Source of the DNA: Leptonemataceae bacterium
Lineage (GTDB): Bacteria > Spirochaetota > Leptospiria > Leptospirales > Leptonemataceae
Length of the DNA: 64,000 bases
Reading direction: 5' to 3'
Assembly (NCBI GenBank): GCA_965227295.1
Contig: OZ245742.1
Span: 4,544,001 to 4,608,000 of the forward strand
Both the position numbers and the translations under genes were made by a program. Under the pieces are notes generated by a model. The model did not search any database. It was not told the origin of the DNA and saw nothing but the letters and a program-made list of their open reading frames with translations. Shown one piece after another: positions 6,666 through 15,943 of the stretch; the stretch's first letter is position 1; every line of letters begins with the position of its first letter.

Positions 6666-6738
6666 GCATCCGTAGCCCAACGGTAGAGGCACCAGGTCGA
6701 GAGCCTGGTCAGTGCAGGTTCGAATCCGGCCGGATGCA
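6666..6738 (+). tRNA. tRNA-Leu(GAG), short variable loop
   Basis: CCAGG-TCGAGAG-CCTGG arm (C33). Confidence 0.75.
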
Positions 6739-6741
6739 CAC

Positions 6742-6814
6742 GGGGACGTAGCCCAACGGCAGAGGCAGCACGCTCAGAACGTGTCCAGTGTGAGTTCGAA
6801 TCTCGCCGCCCCCA
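6742..6814 (+). tRNA. tRNA-Leu(CAG), short variable loop
   Basis: GCACG-CTCAGAA-CGTGT arm. Confidence 0.82.
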
Positions 6815-6985
6815 TAGAGTCTCCACTGAAGAGATTTGCGACCTCGTGCATCGACATTTACTAGAGTAACATTTCGTGATGTTAGCATGTCTCCGGGCTT
6901 TTGTCAGCAAAAAATTAACTTTCCTTGAGTTTAAACTTGCAGTATGCCGCCGTGTGTTTAGCCTTCCCCCGGAGGAATCTATCAC

Positions 6986-7459
6986 ATGGAAACAATTCAG
7001 AAAATCATCGTCAGTCACGAAGGCATGGAAGCGCTCAAGCAGTGCGAGTCCATCCGCGTGGAGCACGAAGAATACCCGCTGCTCGTCATCGAGTTTCTGG
7101 GAGAGGGTCCAACCGCTCGCCCCGCCCTGGGCGTTTCGCAGTTCATCAAGCAAGCAAACGGCCGCTGGCTGTGCGCTCGCGAAATGCAGTTCGAAATCAC
7201 GGCGGACAATGAGTGGTTTCCGTTTCTGCTCGCCAGTGAAACTACCGGTGAATTCAAAGAGGTCTACACCCCGGTGAAGGTACCGCAGCCGTCCCGGCTG
7301 AATTCCCTCTTAAAAGTAAATCGAGAAGTGTTTCTCGAACTTCAACAGGTCGCTTGCGAGTGGGACCAGGAACTCCGCCGCGCGTGTTACCTGGGAGCGC
7401 CGAAAAGCACTCGTTTCTACCCGCTCTTCGACGACCTGGACCAGGAGGCCGAAGCATGA
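6986..7459 (+). CDS. Hypothetical protein (DUF6908-like), right-arm copy
   Basis: Identical to 2893-3366. Confidence 0.7.
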   Translation: METIQKIIVSHEGMEALKQCESIRVEHEEYPLLVIEFLGEGPTARPALGVSQFIKQANGRWLCAREMQFEITADNEWFPFLLASETTGEFKEVYTPVKVPQPSRLNSLLKVNREVFLELQQVACEWDQELRRACYLGAPKSTRFYPLFDDLDQEAEA

Positions 7460-7659
7460 AAGACCCGGGAAGAAAATCAGTTCAGTATCTGGTCGGCATC
7501 AGCGAAGACATGCGCTACGAATTGCGCACGCGCTTCGCGAACACGGCACAGCACATTCGCAATCTCATTGCGGCGGACCTGCGTAAGCGTCCGCCGCTCC
7601 GGGAATTGATCGGCAAAGAGCCGGAGAAGGTCCTCTGCGATGACGGCTGGAAGGAGTAA
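7456..7659 (+). CDS. Small putative RHH DNA-binding protein, right-arm copy
   Basis: ATGA coupling to the upstream gene; AGGAGG SD. Confidence 0.55.
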   Translation: MKDPGRKSVQYLVGISEDMRYELRTRFANTAQHIRNLIAADLRKRPPLRELIGKEPEKVLCDDGWKE

Positions 7660-7972
7660 CGAATACTATTGCGGTTGGGGCAACTACGAAACGTGGTGTG
7701 TGTCTGAGCGCATGTACAAAGACACGGCGACCAACGATTTGTTTATGGGCATTGCCTGCGATTGTGTTCGTGACGGCGAGGAAGAACAACTCGCCACGCA
7801 CTTGAGAGATCGTCACCGGGAGTATCTGCACAGGCTCGAACTTCCCGAACTGTTGCGCGAGTTACTCCAGGGGGCCATCGAAAAAGTGGACTGGCAACGG
7901 ATCGCCGACCACCTGTTAGAAGACGTAGCCGAAGAAAAGGAGCAGTTAAAGGAAATCGGCTGGAGCTGGTGA
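7640..7972 (+). CDS. Phage/plasmid-type hypothetical protein, right-arm copy
   Basis: Identical to 2380-2712. Confidence 0.65.
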   Translation: MTAGRSNEYYCGWGNYETWCVSERMYKDTATNDLFMGIACDCVRDGEEEQLATHLRDRHREYLHRLELPELLRELLQGAIEKVDWQRIADHLLEDVAEEKEQLKEIGWSW

Positions 7973-8316
7973 CGTTCGCGCGCGTGCAGGCGAAGACCCG
8001 GTGGGTTTTCGCCTGCACGCGCTATTTATGTACGGCGGTTTCGTGACGTCGCACACAAAATACACAGATGCATTACCGACGATGTGCGCGGCGGGATCTC
8101 GGCGCTGGCCGTGAAATTCGAACTCCCTTGATTGTCCAGAAAAACGACACGACCTGGGCGGCGGGGGTTAGAGTTCGGCCGAGATATGTTAGCGTGGACG
8201 TCTTTGGTCGCCGCGATTGACGTATATATAATCCAGTTGGGTTCTTGCCAGGTGGACTCGATTTCAGCGGCACCTGGTGCTTTAATCTCTAACAATATCT
8301 CATGTGATGTTTGCCC

Positions 8317-9328
8317 TCTTTCCGTGAGTTCTTTCCGTGAGTTCTTTCCGTGAGTTCTTTCCGTGAGTTCTTTCCGTGAGTTCTTTCCGTGAGTTCTTTC
8401 CGTGAGTTCTTTCCGTGAGTTCTTTCCGTGAGTTCTTTCCGTGAGTTCTTTCCGTGAGTTCTTTCCGTGAGTTCTTTCCGTGAGTTCTTTCCGTGAGTTC
8501 TTTCCGTGAGTTCTTTCCGTGAGTTCTTTCCGTGAGTTCTTTCCGTGAGTTCTTTCCGTGAGTTCTTTCCGTGAGTTCTTTCCGTGAGTTCTTTCCGTGA
8601 GTTCTTTCCGTGAGTTCTTTCCGTGAGTTCTTTCCGTGAGTTCTTTCCGTGAGTTCTTTCCGTGAGTTCTTTCCGTGAGTTCTTTCCGTGAGTTCTTTCC
8701 GTGAGTTCTTTCCGTGAGTTCTTTCCGTGAGTTCTTTCCGTGAGTTCTTTCCGTGAGTTCTTTCCGTGAGTTCTTTCCGTGAGTTCTTTCCGTGAGTTCT
8801 TTCCGTGAGTTCTTTCCGTGAGTTCTTTCCGTGAGTTCTTTCCGTGAGTTCTTTCCGTGAGTTCTTTCCGTGAGTTCTTTCCGTGAGTTCTTTCCGTGAG
8901 TTCTTTCCGTGAGTTCTTTCCGTGAGTTCTTTCCGTGAGTTCTTTCCGTGAGTTCTTTCCGTGAGTTCTTTCCGTGAGTTCTTTCCGTGAGTTCTTTCCG
9001 TGAGTTCTTTCCGTGAGTTCTTTCCGTGAGTTCTTTCCGTGAGTTCTTTCCGTGAGTTCTTTCCGTGAGTTCTTTCCGTGAGTTCTTTCCGTGAGTTCTT
9101 TCCGTGAGTTCTTTCCGTGAGTTCTTTCCGTGAGTTCTTTCCGTGAGTTCTTTCCGTGAGTTCTTTCCGTGAGTTCTTTCCGTGAGTTCTTTCCGTGAGT
9201 TCTTTCCGTGAGTTCTTTCCGTGAGTTCTTTCCGTGAGTTCTTTCCGTGAGTTCTTTCCGTGAGTTCTTTCCGTGAGTTCTTTCCGTGAGTTCTTTCCGT
9301 GAGTTCTTTCCGTGAGTTCTTTCCGTGA
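8317..9328. repeat. Perfect 13-bp tandem repeat (TCTTTCCGTGAGT), ~78 copies
   Basis: 1012 bp of invariant units; the mirror site 1999-2035 has ~2.8 units. Confidence 0.97.
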
Positions 9329-9356
9329 TCGCTCCGCTGATCGCGTCCGTTCTCTG

Positions 9357-11340
9357 GTCGCGGTAGAACGGCCGGTTGCCCGGCCGCCCCCGCACAGATC
9401 CCGGCGTGCGGTATTCTCGCACCGGGCTCTTCGAAAGCACTCGCTTCCACATAAAGTCAATTCAGAGTAAGTCGCAACTGAGATACTGGTCGTTCCATGA
9501 TGCGCGGTTTTTCGATCCGGTAGTGCGCCATCAGATCCCTCAGCCCCTGCCAGTCCAGACTCCGGCGCTGACTGCGCCGATTGAGCCACTTGTACAGATT
9601 CATTTCCACCTGATAGTAGAAGCTTCGTATACTCTTGTAGTTGCATTGGACGCCATAATAGTTATAGTATCCACGCAGCCGGGAGTTCAGAAGATTGAAG
9701 AACCTGCGCATGGGTAGATGCCGATTCGCTTTAATCCACTGCTTCACATTCTGGATCGACGCATGCAATCGCTTTGGAGCGGTGCGACGCGGAACCCACC
9801 AGAACCCCTTTCGAGAACGAGCCCAGCGGTATTCAAAGCCTAGAAATACGAACGCCTCACGCCCGGTATTGAACTTCGCGCGGAAGCCCGGGCGCTCGAA
9901 ACTTTTCACTCCTGACTTTTCCGGCGCCAGTTCCAGACCAAACTTTCGCAAACGTTTTCCAAGCGTCGCATAGAATTTCAGCGCATCGTCTTTGGATTCA
10001 AAGGCGCAAACAAAATCGTCCGCGTATCGACACATATAGGCCGGTCTCTTGCAGTGCTTCTTCACCACTTTCTCGAACCAGAGGTCCAGTACGTAATGAA
10101 GATAGACGTTCGCCAGAACCGGACTGATCACGCCGCCTTGAGGAGTCCCAGCGGTCGGGCGCGAGACCTGACCGTTTACCTCCAGCACGCCTGCTTTCAG
10201 CCACTTGCGAATCAGACCGAGAAAGGCCCGATCATCGATTCGTTGCTCCAGCATTCGCATCAACCAATCATGGTCAATGTTGTCGAAGAAACCCTTGATG
10301 TCGGCTTCCACAATCCAGCCGAGCTTCCCCGGACTCAAAGTTGAACTCAGAGTCTTCGAAGCCTCACGCGGACCGGTGTTCGGCCGATAACCATACGAAC
10401 ACGACAGGAAGTCTTGCTCATAGATCGCTTCAAGGATACGCGTCGCGCATGTTTGTACCAGTTTGTCTTCGAGGGCCGGCAATCCAAGCGGACGTTGTTT
10501 TCCGTCCGCTTTCGGGATAAAGACCCTGCGAATCAGTTTTGTTCGGTATCGTTTCTGTTTTAAGCGTTCCACCAGATCCCCGACATTTTCCGTAAGGTTC
10601 GCTTCGTAGTCGCGAAACGTTTCACGGTCCACGCCCGGAGCCGCCCGGCGATTCATTCCTGCGAACGAATCTTCGAGATTCATCTGGTTGAGCATCCCAT
10701 ACAGATTACGAAACAGATGTTTCTTACTCCTCCTCGCTTTATTTGCTATTGCCCGTAGTGAGGTTTGCATCAGTTGTTCCGATCCTGCCGTCCGGCTGAT
10801 GTTGACTCTGCGAGCTGCGTACTTTCGTCAGCCCCTTCCCCGATCATCGCGCATCGCACGCGAAGACCGAACCCGTCGAAACTCCATTCGAGTTTCATTC
10901 GATTCTGTGGACGGCTCTCCCGCCCTCTGAGTACTATGGGCTGATCCGACTCCCCGTTGATCATCATTCTTCCTTGTTCATTCGGTCAGAATTACCTTCG
11001 CTATCGTCGAAGGAACCAACGGGGTCTCCCGGGTTCCACGATGTTTCTCTGCATACATGCCGCGCTCAAGCGACCCCGACAGACCTCCAGAATCTCGCTA
11101 AAACGATTCCTTTGTGCTGGTTTCCATCTGACCAATGATGTCACCGTCTGCATCTATGGCATTTTACGAGGCTCAACAGCTTCCGGGAGTGTGGACTCCC
11201 CTACGGCCTGCATGCTTCCCTGTGTACGCTTCGTGTGGCGGTTACCCGCTTCCACGCAACACTCGGTAGAAGTTGTTCGCTAAACTTTACTTCATATGGA
11301 CTTTCACCTTATCAGAAACATCGGGCTTTGCCCGGCGCAC
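9357..11340 (-). mobile_element. Group II intron (~1984 nt), probably bacterial class E
   Basis: 5' GTGCG at 11340; domain V/VI GAGCCCGGTGCGAGAATACCGCACGCCGGGATCTGTGCGGGGGCGG...CTACCGCGAC; the exons rejoin to the intact left-arm site at 1970/1971. Confidence 0.93.
9457..10770 (-). CDS. ltrA: Group II intron reverse transcriptase/maturase without endonuclease domain
   Basis: RPLGLP, SYGYRP, DIKGFFD, GTPQGG and YADD motifs, followed by maturase domain X. Confidence 0.95.
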   Translation of the reverse strand: MQTSLRAIANKARRSKKHLFRNLYGMLNQMNLEDSFAGMNRRAAPGVDRETFRDYEANLTENVGDLVERLKQKRYRTKLIRRVFIPKADGKQRPLGLPALEDKLVQTCATRILEAIYEQDFLSCSYGYRPNTGPREASKTLSSTLSPGKLGWIVEADIKGFFDNIDHDWLMRMLEQRIDDRAFLGLIRKWLKAGVLEVNGQVSRPTAGTPQGGVISPVLANVYLHYVLDLWFEKVVKKHCKRPAYMCRYADDFVCAFESKDDALKFYATLGKRLRKFGLELAPEKSGVKSFERPGFRAKFNTGREAFVFLGFEYRWARSRKGFWWVPRRTAPKRLHASIQNVKQWIKANRHLPMRRFFNLLNSRLRGYYNYYGVQCNYKSIRSFYYQVEMNLYKWLNRRSQRRSLDWQGLRDLMAHYRIEKPRIMERPVSQLRLTLN

Positions 11341-11499
11341 TGGCCACACGCCCCACGCATTTGTGGCCACAAATTCAGCCGTGGGCAGCAAGTTTCTTGC
11401 CGGCCATCCAGAACCGAAACATCAGCCGGATATGCGCGGCGATCTCCGCTTCCACGGACAGCTTTTTCGATCTGCGTTTCGCTGGCTCCGCAGAAAAAT

Positions 11500-11680
11500 T
11501 GATCCATGACCTACTTCGACCACTGCATAACCAACGCCGGCTCGGAAGGGATGAATTCACGAATCCAGGCGATCAAAACTCGCGCCCGGGGCTTCCGAAA
11601 CTTCGCCCATTACCGGGCCTCGATCCTCTCTCATTGCGGGGATTTAGAGCTTTATCCGTGAAAATTCCTGAAGATGGACG
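11500..11680 (+). pseudogene. ISL3-family transposase C-terminal remnant
   Basis: Reads YFDHCITNAGSEGMNSRIQAIKTRARGFRNF...CG, then LELYP* after a frameshift, followed by an IR-like AAATTCCTGAAGA. Confidence 0.75.
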
Positions 11681-11799
11681 CACATGGCGGCATATTACAA
11701 GTTTAAACTCAAGGAAAGTTAATTTTTTGCTGACAAAATCCTGGAGACATGCTAACATCACGCAATGTTACTCTAGTAAATGTCGATGCACGAGATCGC
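11681..11799. repeat. Truncated left arm of tRNA array B
   Basis: Diverged copy of ~3396-3514. Confidence 0.9.
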
Positions 11800-11822
11800 A
11801 AATCTCTTCAATGGAGACTATA

Positions 11823-12443
11823 TGGGGACGGTGAGACTCGAACTCACACTAGACACGTTCTGAGCGTGCTGCCTCTACCGCGAATGTAAGCAGTTGCTCC
11901 CGGGTGGTCGCAACTGCGGCGGTTCAGACTGCTTCGCAGTCTGGGCTACGGATGCGTTTCGAGCGAGCGGGAATCGAACCCGCACTCTGCCGATTTTAAG
12001 TCGACTGCCTCTGCCTGATTGGGCTATCGCTCGCTGCGGAACAGGGAGGAATCGAACCTCCGCGTCTGTTACGACGACCACGGTTTAGCGGACCGCTGCC
12101 TTACCTCTCGGCCACTGTTCCAATTTCCGGAGGGAGAAGGAATCGAACCTTCGCGCCTGTTAAGACGACCGCCGGCTTCCAACCGGATACCTTACCACTC
12201 GGTCATCCCTCCACGCTGCGGATAGAGTAGGAATCGAACCCACGCGACGAACCGCCGACCTCCGTTTTCGAAACGGGTCCCTTACCACTCGGGCATCTAT
12301 CCAGTATGCGCTGCCGAGGATTTGAACCTCTCGTCACCCGACCTCCTCGTTTAACGAGTAAACTGTACCTTGCTGCGCAAGCCTTGACTTACTACCGCCT
12401 TTCAGTTGCTGGCGTTTACAGACCGGCAGGAGGAAAGCAGCGC
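11823..12443 (-). tRNA. Array B block 1: Tyr-like (insertion), Ser CGA, Ser GGA, Ser GCT, Leu TAA, chimeric Leu GAG/CAG (insertion)
   Basis: Homologous to 6229-6814 in inverted orientation; leader at 12516-12584 and terminator retained. Confidence 0.88.
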
Positions 12444-12823
12444 GTTTAAAAAGAAAAAGCCCCTCGCGGGTTTACCGGGAGGGGCTTCTCGAAGACAGAG
12501 AACTGTCCGCGCGTACTACATCGCCGCCTCCCGCATGCCGCCGGAGCTGAGAAGATACAGCGATGATAGTAACATACCGTTCATGATACGGTACATGAGA
12601 CGAGGCAAAGCGAAGCTTTCGTTCCAAAAAATATATTTTCGTTAAGAATTTCTCGAAAACCGTCGTCTCTTAACTTCAGGTAAACGTGATGCACTTCCCA
12701 CAGAGCAACTGGCCCCAACAGAATCCCGGCATCTGCCTGGAGGTGGTCGTGTAGTGCTCTGAGCAACAGCGCGTTTGCGCGAGAACCCCCTCCGGCGGAA
12801 GCTTGAGGGGGTTTTTTATTATC

Positions 12824-13294
12824 CGGCGTGTAGCTCAGGGTGTAGAGCACCGGTATCGGGAACCGGGGGTCGTGGGTTCAAGTCCCACCACGCCGACATA
12901 GAGGGATGAGTCGAGCGGTCCAGGCTGTCGGACTCCAAATCCGATGTTCACAGGTTTTTGTGCATGGATGCACTTATGCCGCGGAGGACAGGAAGTCCGG
13001 GAGCGGCCGAATCCTGAAAGAGGAAGATGCTACGCATCTTTCATCTTACTGACGCGCTGCGCTTGTCCCTCTGCCAGAATACCGGAGTAGCCTAATGGTA
13101 AGGCGACGCACTGTTAATGCGTTCTATGCAGGTTCGAGTCCTGCCTCCGGTGCAACTCATTCCGGGGTAGTTCAACGGGTAGAACACCGGCCTTTGAAGT
13201 CGGGGGCGCAAATAGACTTTTGCCTTATGGCAAAAGTCGGCGGTTCGGAGTTGTGCGGCAACGCACAACTCCGGGTCCTCACCATCTCCCGGAG
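12824..13294 (+). tRNA. Array B block 2: Pro CGG, Trp CCA (two insertions), Asn GTT, Gln TTG (T-arm replaced by an insertion)
   Basis: Homologous to 5532-5842; leader at 12689-12754 and terminator retained. Confidence 0.88.
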
Positions 13295-13635
13295 CATTGA
13301 GTTCTATGAAAAAAATATTTAAATCTTTATGAAGTTGTTGACGTCGAATACCGAGTAAGTAATCAGGAAACGGAATGTCGCAGAAGCGCCTACAGACAAC
13401 GGAACGAGACCTCGCGAAGGCCGGCATGATTCATGCGGGTTGTGAGCGTGATGTGTTTCAGGGAGTCATGCGCTCGTCTTAGATTCAGTGTAACCTGCTG
13501 GATGCGAAAGGCGAGCCCGGATCAACGGCTCGCCTTTTTTCGTTTATGGGCATTTTGCTTATTTTTCAAGTGTTATGAGGGAGATATGGAAGACAGAGAA
13601 CGATGTTACCGACCGCCGCAAGCCAGAGTAAACCC

Positions 13636-13926
13636 GACATGGTGCGCGAGAGGCCAGCGGGCGGTCTGCAAAGCCGTTTAACGTGGGTTTGTGTGCAGGG
13701 ATGCACTTATGCCGCGAAGGACAGGATGTCCGGGAGCGGCCGAATCCCACCCATGTCTCATAGTACAATGAACCGCGCAGGACGTACATATGTATCAGCC
13801 GGAGCGATGCCGCGAGAGCGGGAACGTGGATCAAGCTACGTTTCAACTCAAATCGCCGGCGTCGTCTAACGGCAAGGACGCTGCACTTTCACTGCGGTAA
13901 TCGGGGTTCGATTCCCCGCGTCGGCA
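13636..13926 (+). tRNA. Array B block 3: Cys GCA (51-nt insertion), Glu TTC
   Basis: Homologous to 4952-5190; leader at 13375-13482 and terminator retained. Confidence 0.88.
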
Positions 13927-14163
13927 AAGGTATTTTCATAAGAAATTTAACAATGGATTCGTCTGAGTATTCTATCATGAGCTTAACAGTAACAGCAACG
14001 GTTGTAAGGACCGCCCGATTTATCGGGATGCGGATCGATGCGGGCCATAAGGACGGCCGGATCGCCGGAGGAGTTCTGCGCATGCGTTGCTGAGAAGAAT
14101 CTACAGACGCATTCATGAAGAACCCTCCCCGGCCGACGCCCTGGAGGGTTTTTTCGTTTATAC

Positions 14164-15529
14164 GCATCGCTGGTGTCAGTGGCAAGCATAGCTGTGTGCC
14201 ATGCAGCAGGGAAGAGTTCGAGTCTCTTGCGGTGCACATTACAGAAAACAGGAGGTACGCCATGAAGAGCGAAGATGACAAGAAGACGTTTAGAGAATAG
14301 CGGGTCCGGAGCTCGGGGGTAGAGCATCCGACTTTTAATCGGATGGCGATCGGTTGAGTGCTTCGCACTCTCATCTTACTCCCGCCTTTCAGTTGGGGGT
14401 TCGAATCCCACCGGACCCACATTTCAAGTAGCGAGGTTAATATGAACGAAAGTGACTTTAAGAATAATAAGACGGAACGTCGGGGAGCAGGTGTGGTCAT
14501 TGCATCCGGTTGAAGCCCGGAGGAATTCGGTTCGATCCCGAGCCCGACGAATACGCATCAGTGATGTAACGGTCAACATGTCTGTCTTCCAAACAGATCA
14601 TCAGGGTTTTTGGCCATGGATGGCCTTATGCCGCGGAGGACAGGAGGTCCGAGAGCGGCCGATTCCCTGCTGATGCACACGCCCGGTTAGCTCCAATGGT
14701 TAGAGCGGCGGTTTTGTGAACCGCTGGTTGCAGGTTCGAATCCGTGCACCGGGCAAAACATTGCGGTGTAGCATAGTGGCGATGCAGCGGGCTCATAACC
14801 CGTCCTACGGAGGTTCAATTCCTTCCGCCGCAACATACGGGCTTAGGACGCAATATAAACGCCTGTCTTACAAACAGGAGATCGCTGGTTTTTGTGCATG
14901 GATGCACTTATGCCGCGGAGGCCAGGAGGGCCGAGAGCGGCCGAATCCGGCAGCCCGTACATGGGGCCGTAGTTTAACGGGAGAATCTTTGTTTTGCAAA
15001 CAAGGGACGTCGGTTCGATTCCGACCGGTTCCACAAATTGGACTTTAGCTCAGAGGGACAGAGCGCCCGTTTCCGAAGCGGTAGGCCGCAGGTTTTTGGC
15101 CACGGATGGCCTTATGCCGCGAAGGACAGGAGGTCCGAGAGCGGCCGAGTCCTGCAAGTCCAACACAGGGCCCTGGCCAAATGGATCAAGGCATCAGATT
15201 ACGAATCTGAAGATTGCGGGTTCGAGTCCCGCGGGCTCTACATGCCGCGTTAGTTTAATGGTAGAACTCCTGATTGTCTCTCAGGGGGCGAGGGTTCGAT
15301 TCCCTCACGTGGTGCATACGAAGCGTAGTTTAACGGTTGAGAACGACGGTCTGATATGCCGTTGGTTAAAGACGAAGATTCAGCGTTATGCGTGAACGCA
15401 TAACGCTGGGTTCGATTCCAGCCGCTTCGAAGCATCCCGGTAATCGGGATTTTCATAAGGGGTTGGTGTATGTGGCTAACATCCGGGATTGTGTCTCCCG
15501 GGCAGTGGGTTCGAATCCCGCACCCCTGA
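14164..15529 (+). tRNA. Array B block 4: Gly GCC, Lys*, Phe, Gly TCC*, Thr, Met, Val*, Ala, Arg CCG*, Arg ACG, Asp, Ile*, (Arg TCT internally deleted), His; * = insertion
   Basis: Homologous to 3528-4714; leader at 13977-14093 and terminator retained. Confidence 0.88.
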
Positions 15530-15542
15530 AAGAGAGAAGCGG

Positions 15543-15943
15543 GCGATCTCATGCATCGATATTTACTAGAGTAACATTGCATGATGTTAGCATGTCGCCA
15601 GGTTTTTGTCAGCAAAAAATTAACTTTCCTTGAGTTTAAACTTGTAATATGCCGCCATGTATTTAGCCTTCCCCCGGAGGAAACTATCACATGGAAACAA
15701 TTCAGAAAATCATCGTCAGTCACGAAGGCATGGAAGCGCTCAAACTGTGCGAGTCCATCCGCGTGGAACACGAAGAATACCCTCTGCTCGTCATAGAGTT
15801 TCTGGGACAGGGGCCCACCGCTCGCCCCGCCGTGGGCGTTTCGCAGTTCATCAAGCAAGCGGGTAAACATCAGCCGGATATGCGCGGCAATCTCCCCTTC
15901 CACAGACAACTTTTTCGATCTACGTTTCGCTGGCTCCGCAGAA
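15543..15943. repeat. Internally deleted right arm of array B
   Basis: 15543-15860 matches 6838-~7155; 15865-15943 matches 11417-11495. Confidence 0.9.

Larger units (their letters stand above)
6838..11495. repeat. Right inverted-repeat arm of tRNA array A (contains the VNTR and the group II intron)
   Basis: Mirror of 1626-3514; ends at ...GGCTCCGCAGAA. Confidence 0.95.

Noticed and set aside
8317..9328. Possible CRISPR array
   Set aside because: Units are directly adjacent with no spacers, and no cas genes are present.
8026..9646. Long ORFs (474, 387, 448 aa) with ERTHGKNSRKELT repeats
   Set aside because: Artefact of a stop-free 13-bp repeat read in all three minus-strand frames; their starts lie inside the intron.
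9457..10770. RT as retron, DGR or defence RT acting on the tandem repeat
   Set aside because: Canonical group II intron ends, domain V and maturase are present; no template/variable repeat pair or msr-msd seen.
12957..15145. tRNA insertions as group I/II introns or integrase attachment scars
   Set aside because: Only ~40-75 nt long, with no catalytic core, no duplicated tRNA 3' end and no integrase.
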